Positions 37,023-47,279 of a DNA stretch of 60,600 nucleotides are shown one piece after another. Both the position numbers and the translations under genes were made by a program. Where the stretch lies: IMG/VR virus record IMGVR_UViG_3300016657_000065, positions 1 through 60,600 of that record. One strand, given 5' to 3'. A model generated the notes under the pieces. That model worked only from the letters and a program-made list of their open reading frames with translations, was not told the origin of the DNA and did not search any database. The DNA comes from a virus. Lineage: Duplodnaviria > Caudoviricetes. Every line of letters starts with the position of its first letter. The first letter of the stretch is position 1.

Positions 37023-37958
37023 TTATTTAATTTTCAACCGATAATCCTTCTCGATCAATCCAACTGTATCGCGATTGGATCGGCAACGCATAAACGGATT
37101 CCACCAGAACAGGCCATTCTTCTTGCGTTTGAAATGACCGCGCACCATGTGGGCACGGTGTTCGTTTCTTAAAGAAGCAGCCTCACGGAAGCCTCGTTCA
37201 ATATCGCTTATGGACGTATATTGCTTTTCTTCTCGATAAATGTCAAGAATGTGGTATTCATACAACGACTGGAAATTCTTCGGCACCATGCCAAGTTCTT
37301 TCTTGGACGGTGTATATTTAACACTAGCCACGTTACTGACATTAAGATACAACAGAATTTCTCTAGCAGCGACCAAGAGAATCGAGGCACGCTCTTCTAG
37401 TTGTTCAAGTGTACCTGCTAGTTCTGGGTGCTTAGTGTAGTCACCGTATATTTTTCGATAGACCATTTCACCACTACTGTCTCCTGTTGTTCCTTTGACG
37501 AATCTGAGTTCGATCAGTGCCGATACCACCATGTTTTTCTTAGGAACATGGTAATTTTTAAGCAGTTTACTGTGGCCGGCGATTAACTTCATGTACTCGT
37601 TACGACTGTCAGAGTACACTACATGCATTATAAATGCATTTTCTTCATGGGGATCCTCTTCCAAAAGAATGCCGCCAGAGCTGTTTTCAATAAACACACT
37701 GCTGAATGGTAATTTAGATGCGTATTCATGCTGCAGTTCCATACGCTTATCCCTAGCTGCGTCTTCCTTTGCAAAGACTTCAATTAACGGCGATATTTCA
37801 CCGATCACTTGAGTACTGAGGTTCATGAAGTTTTCGGGCACTATGATCTTTTTAGCACCCATTATCCTGATCCTGAGTTGATTAAGTTCAGTTTTTGTGA
37901 TCATTGGGACGTGTAGAAAATTGTCCAGACTTTCGGCTACAGCTTGGGATACTAGCAT
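37023..37958 (-). CDS. Accessory protein with C-terminal RxHxxRGH..W motif
   Basis: 311 aa; HRAHMVRGHFKRKKNGLFWWNPF; visibly AT-richer than core genes. Confidence 0.7.
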   Translation of the reverse strand: MLVSQAVAESLDNFLHVPMITKTELNQLRIRIMGAKKIIVPENFMNLSTQVIGEISPLIEVFAKEDAARDKRMELQHEYASKLPFSSVFIENSSGGILLEEDPHEENAFIMHVVYSDSRNEYMKLIAGHSKLLKNYHVPKKNMVVSALIELRFVKGTTGDSSGEMVYRKIYGDYTKHPELAGTLEQLEERASILLVAAREILLYLNVSNVASVKYTPSKKELGMVPKNFQSLYEYHILDIYREEKQYTSISDIERGFREAASLRNEHRAHMVRGHFKRKKNGLFWWNPFMRCRSNRDTVGLIEKDYRLKIK

Positions 37959-37991
37959 GGCGTTAATCCTCTTTATTTAGGGTATTACCCG

Positions 37992-38711
37992 TTAGTACAT
38001 CTCGATGGCCCAGTTGGTGTCCAGCTGGATGTACGTTTTGTGATTGCGATACCAAACATGCATATCCGGGAACTGATCCTGAATATCGTCAAGTAAGGTG
38101 CCGTTTTGTTTGAACCACTCTGCGCCTGGACCACCGACTGGGAGATGGTCTACAACGAGATTCTGATAATCGTGATCAGAGGAACCTTTAGCAATCTCAC
38201 GACGATAGAGTTTGATGTACTCCACCACCTTCTTGGCCGACTCCATCTTCTCGCCAGTCTGGAGGCGTTTGTATTGCCGAATAGCACGGATGTACAGCAC
38301 ACAGTGGAACCCATTCTTGAATAGTTCCATTTCATCCTGAATCACTGGAAGAAGACGCTGTGCTTTTAAGCTAATGCCAAATACCCTGTTATATGCCATT
38401 CGTTGATTAGACTCGTTGCGAGCACGTTCAGTCGTGACGAAGTCACTGGTATATTTCTTTTCAGTGTACTCATTCTTAAATTCCGCTTTCTTGCTACGGA
38501 AGAACTTACCGATTGCGGAATAGATCCCGTACAACTTTACTACGTCATTCGGTAGCCCTTGTAGGGCTTGACCATACATAGAGCGGTTAATGCCATCGCG
38601 GATTCGTTGAGGCAAAGCGCGGATGATTACTTTGAGATTGGGATTCTCTGCGGTCAACTTGATCGATTCGTTTTGGATCGTCACTTTTGCATTGTTGTTT
38701 ACTTCAGCCAT
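37992..38711 (-). CDS. Hypothetical early protein (basic)
   Basis: 239 aa, AAGGAGG SD, preceded by the promoter motif. Confidence 0.7.
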   Translation of the reverse strand: MAEVNNNAKVTIQNESIKLTAENPNLKVIIRALPQRIRDGINRSMYGQALQGLPNDVVKLYGIYSAIGKFFRSKKAEFKNEYTEKKYTSDFVTTERARNESNQRMAYNRVFGISLKAQRLLPVIQDEMELFKNGFHCVLYIRAIRQYKRLQTGEKMESAKKVVEYIKLYRREIAKGSSDHDYQNLVVDHLPVGGPGAEWFKQNGTLLDDIQDQFPDMHVWYRNHKTYIQLDTNWAIEMY

Positions 38712-38767
38712 CTTTCATTCCTCCTTATCGGGCACGCTTCACTAGGTACTTCACCTAGCTCACCATG

Positions 38768-38794
38768 GTAATATGTAGTTGATTATTTTTAAAA
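38768..38794 (-). promoter_or_regulatory. Early-type promoter motif, copy 5
   Basis: Minus strand TTTTAAAAATAATCAACTACATATTAC. Confidence 0.7.
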
Positions 38795-38841
38795 TGCGAC
38801 ATAAAGAGAGTGGGGGTTACCCACTCTCTGCTGTGCAGAAC

Positions 38842-39438
38842 TTACATCTCAGGGGCGATAGAGATTTGTACCGTGAAGTGATCAGCCACTGCCACGATTA
38901 CCAGCATGCCTGCTGCGTTGGTAGTTTTACCATAACGAGTGTAATCAGGCATCAGGTTAAGCAGGCGATCGATATAACCCAGTTGCGAGGATTTCACCCC
39001 GTCAGTCAAATGGGCACTGTCGTATTTCGATACCATCTCTACGGCACCCAGGCCATGGCGGAATGAACCAAACAACAGTTCAAACGAGAACACTTCGTAG
39101 CTACCGCTACTGGAACCATTATCCGGAGCATAGCGCAAGATGGTTTTGTGCTGATGCATTTCCATGAAAAATGGCTGTGGAATCATGTCACCTAGCGTAT
39201 TGTGATAGGCACGGGCATCGCCAGACTCTACGTGGATGTGATGCTTACCATCGGCCGGTACCATGTCTGCTGCGTAGTTACGCAGATCAGCAATCACCTT
39301 ATTCAGGGATTGATCATAGACAGGACCATTGGCATGTTCCTGCAAGAAGGCTTCCGCTACCGTGGTGTGTTTATAGTCATCACACTTCCAGAAGAAGTTC
39401 ACTTCCTTTTCCACGCCGTTTTTATTCATTTCACTCAT
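38842..39438 (-). CDS. Hypothetical protein
   Basis: GGAGAG SD before ATG 39438. Confidence 0.7.
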   Translation of the reverse strand: MSEMNKNGVEKEVNFFWKCDDYKHTTVAEAFLQEHANGPVYDQSLNKVIADLRNYAADMVPADGKHHIHVESGDARAYHNTLGDMIPQPFFMEMHQHKTILRYAPDNGSSSGSYEVFSFELLFGSFRHGLGAVEMVSKYDSAHLTDGVKSSQLGYIDRLLNLMPDYTRYGKTTNAAGMLVIVAVADHFTVQISIAPEM

Positions 39439-39493
39439 GACCAGCTCTCCAGTTAAGCAGTACATGAAATAGCGTCAGCCTGTAAAAAGATAA

Positions 39494-39949
39494 TTACCCC
39501 GCGACGTCGATCTCTTCGATAGCTCGACAATGGCTTTCCAAGAAACCTTCCATCATGGCATGGGTAATGGGATCTTCCTTCTCTAGCGCGTAGCCCTTAC
39601 GGATGTCCGCAATCATGGCTTGTAAGAACTGACGTACTACTTTTGAACACCCATTCAAAGCCTGAATCGTGGGCCTGCCCTTTAGGATGGTGTGGCGTAT
39701 CACGACTTCGTAATTCCCCGTCTCGCCCATCACCCATAGCACCTTACTACGCTGCTTACTCATTTCCCATCGGAACATCGAAATCCGAAACTCTCGACAG
39801 TTCTCCACTCGCTTAATGGCTTTAGGGAAACGACTTAGGTCTTTCTCTAGGCGATCACAGTCCGTCACGTTCCGGATGATCCCTTTCAGATATTGTTTCA
39901 CTGCGCCATAATCAAACGGATCATAGACTTGTTTATCTGCAATTTCCAT
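39494..39949 (-). CDS. Hypothetical protein
   Basis: ORF track 39494..40003; start placed at MEIADK. Confidence 0.65.
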   Translation of the reverse strand: MEIADKQVYDPFDYGAVKQYLKGIIRNVTDCDRLEKDLSRFPKAIKRVENCREFRISMFRWEMSKQRSKVLWVMGETGNYEVVIRHTILKGRPTIQALNGCSKVVRQFLQAMIADIRKGYALEKEDPITHAMMEGFLESHCRAIEEIDVAG

Positions 39950-40036
39950 CTCGTTAATGCCTTTTTGTTGTATTGTGCAAAGTGCATAGGATTTTCGCGG
40001 CATAAAGCCAACCCGAAGGTTGGCTCTTAGTTTAGA

Positions 40037-40366
40037 TCATTTTGCAGCGAAACTATTACCTACATCAATCGCATCGTTAATGGTGGCATCTTCAAACCTG
40101 AACTCACCTGTGCGTTCCCATGACTCATTGGCCATTTGGTAAGGCCAAACTGGTTTACGTTCTTGGTAATACTTACGTTGCAAGATCAACTTACGACCAA
40201 AGAAGGAAGTACGACAACCAAACTCGTCAGCCGGTACCCAACGAGTATTGTAGAGGACTTTCTTAAAGCCATGGTTGTAAGTAGGCTTAGGTTCAACCCC
40301 TCCTTCGTTCACAGTACGCAATGGTGGCGGATCAATAGGTGGTACTGGGGCATGTGTGCTTTTCAT
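40037..40366 (-). CDS. Hypothetical protein
   Basis: AAGGAGGT SD before ATG 40366. Confidence 0.7.
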   Translation of the reverse strand: MKSTHAPVPPIDPPPLRTVNEGGVEPKPTYNHGFKKVLYNTRWVPADEFGCRTSFFGRKLILQRKYYQERKPVWPYQMANESWERTGEFRFEDATINDAIDVGNSFAAK

Positions 40367-40439
40367 GGCTACCTCCTTAAACCACCAACGTAACCAGCTC
40401 TGCAAGAAAACCCTGTTCAAATCGAGTCACGACTAACCC

Positions 40440-40990
40440 TCCAAATCGAAAGGTATATAATAATGAATTTAAAAGAAAGAGTAGGGGGCTCCGCCCCCTA
40501 CGATTGTACTCGACGCTCCCGCTCCAGGGTCGGTTGCTCCGCTTACCCGACCCCTTCGCTCTGCGTCTGGATGTCGTTCGCTCGCTGTATTCTCTTCGCT
40601 CGTGTCGCTCTGCTCACTCGCTTCGAGGCTCGCTCTCTAGTAAAGTATTGCAAACAATAAACACTACGAGTAAAAAATTACTCGTAAGTAAATATCAAAC
40701 TTAACCTAAAGAGAGGGTATAAGTACCCTCTCTAGTTTATTACGTTAGCTTATGGTTTAGTATTTTTCATAATCCCTAAGGGGATAGAAAATACTAAACC
40801 GAATTCACTGGGTAGCTTCGCACTAGGTAAGTAGGATCACTTTAACAAGTGAAAAAAAAAAATAAAAAGAAAAAAGACGAGACTCGGCGAGGCGGCCCGC
40901 AGGCAGCCAGCATCGAGGTTGTCGAGGGGTGGGGTTATGGCAGTCATTTTTATTTGATTCAATATACCTTGCCTCATTCTTATGAGCATA
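40440..40990. repeat. Non-coding divergent region with (TC)GCT(C) repeats, palindromes and an A-tract; candidate replication origin or packaging site
   Basis: About 13 GCT(C) units in 40514-40635; inverted repeats at 40665-40686, 40710-40733 and 40754-40800; A-rich tract 40852-40875. Confidence 0.5.
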
Positions 40991-41017
40991 TCCTTTTTGC
41001 GTTAGGAGGGAATTCCA

Positions 41018-41503
41018 ATGAGTGATGACACTCAACAAGTTGAAAATACTATCACCGTGCGTGGTAGTCTGAGCACAGTGTTCTGTGACGCCATTCATGC
41101 GGCAATGGGTGACGGTGCTACTCAGGAAAACAAAGAAGAGATCGCTTCGATTGTGGCCATGGAGTCGGCTGCGCAAGATGTGAGTATTATGAACGCCATC
41201 GTATCCAAGATCAGCCAAGGCTACAGCATGGTAGGTTCTCCTACCAAACCGTATCCTGGTGTGGGTAAAGTCCTGGTGGATGTGATCGATGCTGCCGATC
41301 CTGACGAAGAGCAGTTGATGGATTCGATCTCGATCCTGGATGATGTGGAATACGACAATGTACCGGCAGAGAACTTTGTTCCGGTGATTGTGCTGGATTC
41401 CGAGATGCGTCCCGACGTGAAAGGCGTAGTGACTGGGTTTGAATCCATGTGCCGTAAGGTAGGGGTCAAAGTCCACTACGTGCTTCGTAAGGTTAAAGCT
41501 TAA
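41018..41503 (+). CDS. Acidic protein, probable processed head protein
   Basis: AGGAGG SD; VAMES matches the A/S/G-x-E prohead protease site. Confidence 0.55.
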   Translation: MSDDTQQVENTITVRGSLSTVFCDAIHAAMGDGATQENKEEIASIVAMESAAQDVSIMNAIVSKISQGYSMVGSPTKPYPGVGKVLVDVIDAADPDEEQLMDSISILDDVEYDNVPAENFVPVIVLDSEMRPDVKGVVTGFESMCRKVGVKVHYVLRKVKA

Positions 41504-41587
41504 TTCATTCTAAATAGGCCTGGAAGCCTCATAAACGGCTTCTAAGCGATTTATTTGGCCGGTTTAGGGGATTGGATAGGATAAGCC

Positions 41588-42826
41588 ATGAAAAGTCTTA
41601 TAAAGGCCGTTTTTGACGAAGGCTGTAGTGGGGTAGAGGCCGACGCTAAACTGGCCCATGACCTGGCTTCTTACGTAGCACGCCTCACGCATAAGAACCA
41701 AGACCACATTAACTTCTTCGGGGGCAACCTCTTTGGTGTCGATGTGGTTCGTTTCCTACCAGTAGATCGAGATCTCTGGTTTGATGACATTATCCAGTGT
41801 GATGAATTCAGTCTGGATGACGACCTGATTAATCAGGGTCAGTCGATTCAAGCGATTCAGAAACAATGGGAAGTGTCTAGTGATATCATGAACCTGTCGG
41901 TTGTTTGGCTACTGCATCGTGTCTACACGAGCACTAAGCTAAAGGACGACCAGAAGCATGAAGCAATGTTGGCGATTTTGCTGGTGTTGCAATTCAAGTT
42001 CTTTACCAGTCGATTGTATCGCTACTTCAAATACCCAGCTGACCGGGCAATTGCTGAAGCAGCTTATGCGAAGCTCACCTTCAAATATGCAATCAAGCAG
42101 CATGGTAACTGGCTGAAATTGTTCAATGCCCGTTCTGAAGAGATTCTCGCAGAACACAGCATCCACAAAGACGTCATTCGTAAGTTTGACAACGATCTTA
42201 AAGTCGTCTACATGCTCAACGATATTCAAGGGCGTATTCGCGACATGTTGAAGAACCTCTACGGGGTATATATCGACGTTCGCAATCAGGGCATCAAGAT
42301 TAGTAGTCACTCCATGTTGATCGAACACGACGGGGAAGAAGTCCTGCGTGATAAGACCAACGGGATGGCTACGTACATCACTTACTTGAATTCCGTGGTA
42401 GGTGATCAAAACTCATTCATCAAGGCTGAGCTGGCAGCCGTGATTGAAAAGATGATGCCCACAATGGCGCCCAAACATTTCCTGACAACTCTGGTGTGGA
42501 TCTCTGCAAATAGCAATGGTAGTTCTGCAGGGTCTATTCGAGAGTTGCTGGAAACTACTCTGATCCATGCATTTGACTATCTGTCGGAAGATCGGGGAAT
42601 CATGAAAAACACTTCCGACTTGTCAGGGCTCCTGGCACGTCTTCGTGGTGTCTACATGAGTAGCCGCTCGACAGATCCGACGTTGCTGAAGATCAGGGAG
42701 CAATGCGAAACCATGGTGGCGAAAGCGACACAGAACAAAAACAGTTCTGTTTTGTCGTCAGTTAGGACTGGCGTACTGTTGTACATTACCCTACGGGCAA
42801 TGACTAAACGGTATTACACGACCTAA
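41588..42826 (+). CDS. Conserved phiKZ-family protein
   Basis: 412 aa; DHINFFGGNLFGV, DIQGRIR and YMSSRS motifs. Confidence 0.7.
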   Translation: MKSLIKAVFDEGCSGVEADAKLAHDLASYVARLTHKNQDHINFFGGNLFGVDVVRFLPVDRDLWFDDIIQCDEFSLDDDLINQGQSIQAIQKQWEVSSDIMNLSVVWLLHRVYTSTKLKDDQKHEAMLAILLVLQFKFFTSRLYRYFKYPADRAIAEAAYAKLTFKYAIKQHGNWLKLFNARSEEILAEHSIHKDVIRKFDNDLKVVYMLNDIQGRIRDMLKNLYGVYIDVRNQGIKISSHSMLIEHDGEEVLRDKTNGMATYITYLNSVVGDQNSFIKAELAAVIEKMMPTMAPKHFLTTLVWISANSNGSSAGSIRELLETTLIHAFDYLSEDRGIMKNTSDLSGLLARLRGVYMSSRSTDPTLLKIREQCETMVAKATQNKNSSVLSSVRTGVLLYITLRAMTKRYYTT

Positions 42827-42860
42827 TAACCTCACCACCCAGCTCAAGTGAGGTAGTGCC

Positions 42861-43265
42861 ATGTTCCGGTCACTGATCAGTAATCTGTTCAGCGCCGTCT
42901 ATCTAGCAGTGGATCGCCTAAAGGGCCATCGTCAGTTTACGGAGAAAGTGGTGTGTCAAAACGGCCTCACCACCATTATCGCTACGTCTACAGAAGGATA
43001 TCGTGCTACCATCATCATCACCAAAGAAGAGTATGTGGAACATTTCACGCATCGCTATTGGGTGCGTAAGTCGAAACATTATCTTTACACAGTGTCCGCT
43101 GAGGTTAGTCACGATGCTCCAGAGTCGCTTAAACATGCGGTGGCCAATGAAGTGCTATTCCCACCCTTACTACCTTGGTTTGTTGGTGAAAAAGCACAAG
43201 TGCAACGAGTGGTGCGGTCGTATATCGACATCATCAAAACACGAGCACGCGCGCATAAGCGATAG
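42861..43265 (+). CDS. Hypothetical protein
   Basis: 134 aa, GAGGT SD. Confidence 0.65.
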   Translation: MFRSLISNLFSAVYLAVDRLKGHRQFTEKVVCQNGLTTIIATSTEGYRATIIITKEEYVEHFTHRYWVRKSKHYLYTVSAEVSHDAPESLKHAVANEVLFPPLLPWFVGEKAQVQRVVRSYIDIIKTRARAHKR

Positions 43266-43266
43266 G

Positions 43267-43313
43267 CAGCATAAGAGCCGGCACGGGTTTCCCCTGTGCC
43301 GGCCTTTATGTCG
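43267..43313. terminator. Bidirectional hairpin flanked by CAGCATAA and TTATGTCG
   Basis: GCCGGCAC/GTGCCGGC stem between convergent genes. Confidence 0.78.
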
Positions 43314-45506
43314 TTAGTAGTGCACCATTGCATCACTACGTCGAGTAGGAACATTACCGCTAAACGAAGCTGGCCGTTCTGGCCGGCTTGTATGCCGCAT
43401 CTTACGCTGCTCCTTCGCCTTACGAATCATGTCGTCCACCGAGAAGATCTCACCTTCCTCCAATGTAATCTTCGTCATGATGTAACGGAGTTCACGCTCG
43501 TAACGGAATAACAGACTTTCATCACGCTCCTGACCCATCAAAGTAGACAACTCTTCGATGCGGGCCCGGAACTTCTGGTCGCGTTCATTGGCAAGGATTT
43601 CACGAGTACTCATGTTCTTCATGCGTTCCGTGTTATCGTTTACCAAACGACGACTATCGATGCCGTAATACTCCAACCCAGTCCCGCAGTAAATCATCCA
43701 TACCGCCAGCAGCCATGCAATCACCATATCGTCATGTTCCCCTACCGGGTGATCGATACGACCATTACGGGTTTCCAATGCCAAGGTCTGATTGATCAAC
43801 TCACGATCGTGGACTTTATTAGCAGCATAGCGAGTAGCAATACGTAGCGCTCTACCATACAGCTCATCGCGACTATAAGTACCAGCCCCTGCCGTTGCAA
43901 AGCCAAACATCTTCTTATACCGAATCAAGAGTTCTTCTCGACGGATAGTAGACGATTTGATTTCACGGAAACGCTCTGGATCATCCTGTTGTTCATTGAC
44001 CACTCGGTTAAAGATACGCCTGAACGGATCAATCCCGTGGTTAGGTAACATCAACAACAGATAGTCACAAATAGTACCGCCAGTTGAACGACGTTCAGGT
44101 ATCAAGGTAGCATTCGGGAAACGTACCATGACATCTGTTACCCAACGAGCAAAGGTAATCAAGTTGGAATTGTTGAACTTACCAGCTGCCACTACATCTA
44201 GCGTGTAGGCATCGAGCATCACAAAGGATGTATCGTCACCACCACTAGCATCACTGGTATCCATACCGATCACAAAGTGCGTCGTCTTCGACCGTATTTC
44301 AATTTCCGATTCTGGGATGTACCAGCGTAGGATGAAGGAACCAATTGGTGAGATTTCAGAGTACTGTACGGAACGTGCACTCAACGAGATCTGTTCGGCC
44401 ATCTTAGCATCAAATGGACTAGAGAGACCACCAGATGTCCAGATGTTGAAATAGTCTCGGTTAGCATCCTCACCTTTTTGTACCGATTCTTCCAACTTAC
44501 GTTTTAGCCATTCATCAGTCTTACCGAGTTGACGATGGTCAAAGGTACCATTGATACGGATCACCCCGTTAGAGGAGTTAGCCGAAATCATTTCATACAA
44601 CTGCTCTTGACTACCCGCATCATAGAAGTGCTCATCCCAAACAGCAGCCTCTTTCATCAGGTTGTACACATAACGGCCATCACGGTCATCTTTCTTACCG
44701 GCAGTGGTCGTCATGATGGTACCATACGGAGAACCGGACTTCATAGCGGCATCGATAGCGGCACCACCAGCTGCCAGAGCAGCAGGTAGGGCGATCTCAA
44801 TGTTAGGTTGGAATGGCGGTTCGTCAATATGGAAGATTGGCGAAGTCAAACCACGACCCATGTTAAGTGCGCGCTTCGGAGAAGATTGCGGTACATGAGT
44901 CTTGTAGACGTTGTTCAGGTTAGTGCAACCCATCTCTTCGCCGTTGTTAGGATCTTCTTTTGATTTGTTGCGCAGATAAGGTGGCAACTCATCAAGAATA
45001 TCTTTCAAGCGTTTAATGTTAGCACGCCGTAGGCTGTCATCCTTAGTCAGCAGGTTGATCTGTGAGTTTTGACAGAGGATGCGCATTAGCAGCGTCATCA
45101 ACATGTCAGTAGAGAATGACTTACCTGTCTGACGTGGTTGAATCAGAATGTAGAACACATGGTTAAAGAAACACCAGAACAAAGAGATGTTTGCACGGTT
45201 AGCTTCAAAGGGACTACCTTCTCCGCCGGCTACCGCTGGTGCTCTAGCTACTTCTCGGAAGAAGTACCATGGATTGATCTTACATTCAGTGGCAATCATT
45301 GCCTGCTGTTCTAGCGTCAGGTTAGGATCATACGGATCCACACCTTGTAATCTAGGATTTACCAACGCCAGCAAGAACATGTGGTTCCGAATACCCATTT
45401 TGCGAAACAGCATGGCGGTTTTCAGGAACGAAATATTTCTTGTTTTAACGTCGGCTATAGCAGTCGGAAAGTACTGCCAGTCCTTTTCGTATAAAATCAT
45501 GCGCAT
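43314..45506 (-). CDS. terL: Terminase large subunit
   Basis: Walker A QPRQTGKS, Walker B FHIDE, motif III TTTAG, nuclease GMDTS and HDDMVIAW. Confidence 0.92.
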   Translation of the reverse strand: MRMILYEKDWQYFPTAIADVKTRNISFLKTAMLFRKMGIRNHMFLLALVNPRLQGVDPYDPNLTLEQQAMIATECKINPWYFFREVARAPAVAGGEGSPFEANRANISLFWCFFNHVFYILIQPRQTGKSFSTDMLMTLLMRILCQNSQINLLTKDDSLRRANIKRLKDILDELPPYLRNKSKEDPNNGEEMGCTNLNNVYKTHVPQSSPKRALNMGRGLTSPIFHIDEPPFQPNIEIALPAALAAGGAAIDAAMKSGSPYGTIMTTTAGKKDDRDGRYVYNLMKEAAVWDEHFYDAGSQEQLYEMISANSSNGVIRINGTFDHRQLGKTDEWLKRKLEESVQKGEDANRDYFNIWTSGGLSSPFDAKMAEQISLSARSVQYSEISPIGSFILRWYIPESEIEIRSKTTHFVIGMDTSDASGGDDTSFVMLDAYTLDVVAAGKFNNSNLITFARWVTDVMVRFPNATLIPERRSTGGTICDYLLLMLPNHGIDPFRRIFNRVVNEQQDDPERFREIKSSTIRREELLIRYKKMFGFATAGAGTYSRDELYGRALRIATRYAANKVHDRELINQTLALETRNGRIDHPVGEHDDMVIAWLLAVWMIYCGTGLEYYGIDSRRLVNDNTERMKNMSTREILANERDQKFRARIEELSTLMGQERDESLLFRYERELRYIMTKITLEEGEIFSVDDMIRKAKEQRKMRHTSRPERPASFSGNVPTRRSDAMVHY

Positions 45507-45574
45507 GCGTGCGCCCTCCTACAAGTAAAGAGAGACCCTCACCCTATATGGGTAAGAATCTCTCTTTGTCTTGT

Positions 45575-47266
45575 TTAAGTGTTGTAGAACACTGGCAAAC
45601 CGGCAATGCTCAGATAGAAATCGGTTTCTGGCGTGCGCTTGAAGAAGAGCACGTAGATTGTCGAACTATCTGCGAGCAGATCGTTGATGACAATTTCGGA
45701 GTTCCATTGCTCGATGGTGTATTCATAGCTTTTGCCATTAGGCAAGATGACCATGAACATGTTCGGCGTTGGTGCCTCTAGCTCAATTGCCGGATTGTAC
45801 AACGGACGGGTTTCTTTGTAAGTACGCTGCAACCAATTCTGAAGTTCTGTCTCACCCATGGTCAGATTCAGACGCTTCAAGTTCTGGTTGATGAAAGTTA
45901 GTGCAACAGCGTTCTCACGACCAAATGGCGGATTCTGTGCCATTTCAAAGCCGATGATCCACTGCGTACCAGTGTGGTCAGCACCCGGACGCATCAGAGC
46001 AATGTCGATAATCTGCGTGTGAATGTAGTTCTTAAACACACCATTCACATCACGCAAGTTGATCGATACCGACAGCCGTTGATTCGAACCGTAAAGGATC
46101 GGGTTAAACGGTGCAGTGTTTTCATTGATGCGCACGTAAGGAGTAACATGGTAGTACTCTTTACGATCCAGGTTCAGCATCCACCAGTCCAGACGGTAGC
46201 CATTAATGGCATCCACCCATACCGGATAACCATACAGCTTCATGCTGTACGTACCTTCGGCTTTCACCGTAATCAGTTCGTACCGCTCACAGATGTAATT
46301 GGTAGCCCCAGTGGTGTTGCCGTACATCACTTCACCCGGCGACAGGTTGTACTTGAGGATTACCGGTAGTTTCTGACCCACTACAGTAGACAGGAACTTT
46401 TCCAGACCGAACACTTGGAACTTGGTACCGTCTACAGGCATCCGCAGTTTGGAGCCATCACTGTAATGCACCACACCAAACAGATTGAGACCATTGGTCG
46501 GTACGTTGAGCGGATACTGAATCAGCTTGTGATCGGAATCCGACAGGAATGGTGTTTCTAGCGAAATGCCAGTTATGTATTTCTGCGAAGTGTCCGTCTG
46601 ACGGATGAACGAGGTTTCCACCGCCATCAGCTGACGCATGCTTACTACCCCACCATCAGCAGCATAGGCTACGACAGTCAGGACCTCACCATTCTTGATG
46701 TCCTGCGAGGTATAGCAAGCAGAAACAATCTTGATCGAATGGTTGGTAAGTTCACGTTCCGCTACCAGTTCCAACGGTACATTAGTACCAAGCAGATTGC
46801 CGGACGGATCGTAGAAGGCACTGACTACTTGAGATGTGCCATCCAGTTTCGAACCACGGAAGATCTGCACATGACTGGTCATCGAACCACCGAAGCGCAG
46901 ACGGGTATCCACGGCCAGAGTATTCGGCACCACACTCTTATCGACGTAGATGCGATACGTGTCAGATACAGCACCACCTTCAGGACCCATCAACAGGTCA
47001 TCGGTAGACAATGCTACTTCCTTTACAGTTTTGATTTTCACTGTGCGGGAGATCAAAGTAGAGGGATCTACTTCAATCACTTTAAAGCGTTCATCGGTAT
47101 CCGTATCGATAATGTAGTCACCTACCTTTGGTACGTACTTATTCAGTGCCGTCGTGCCAGTGTAGATCTCATGCAGCGCCCAAATAGTCCAACGCGCGCT
47201 CGGATCATAAACCGGCACATGACCGTCACTGCCAAAGACCGTGACGATATTTGTAGTATCAACCAT
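45575..47266 (-). CDS. Virion structural protein (phiKZ gp26-like, probably baseplate)
   Basis: 563 aa, beta-rich; synteny between terminase and sheath. Confidence 0.65.
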   Translation of the reverse strand: MVDTTNIVTVFGSDGHVPVYDPSARWTIWALHEIYTGTTALNKYVPKVGDYIIDTDTDERFKVIEVDPSTLISRTVKIKTVKEVALSTDDLLMGPEGGAVSDTYRIYVDKSVVPNTLAVDTRLRFGGSMTSHVQIFRGSKLDGTSQVVSAFYDPSGNLLGTNVPLELVAERELTNHSIKIVSACYTSQDIKNGEVLTVVAYAADGGVVSMRQLMAVETSFIRQTDTSQKYITGISLETPFLSDSDHKLIQYPLNVPTNGLNLFGVVHYSDGSKLRMPVDGTKFQVFGLEKFLSTVVGQKLPVILKYNLSPGEVMYGNTTGATNYICERYELITVKAEGTYSMKLYGYPVWVDAINGYRLDWWMLNLDRKEYYHVTPYVRINENTAPFNPILYGSNQRLSVSINLRDVNGVFKNYIHTQIIDIALMRPGADHTGTQWIIGFEMAQNPPFGRENAVALTFINQNLKRLNLTMGETELQNWLQRTYKETRPLYNPAIELEAPTPNMFMVILPNGKSYEYTIEQWNSEIVINDLLADSSTIYVLFFKRTPETDFYLSIAGLPVFYNT

Positions 47267-47279
47267 TGCTTATCCTTTT

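Noticed and set aside
40463-40704. Arg/Ser/Leu-rich 65-66 aa ORFs
   Set aside because: Translations of the GCTC repeat tract
43314-45506. Intein in the terminase
   Set aside because: Length and motif spacing are normal for this family; no splice-junction motifs
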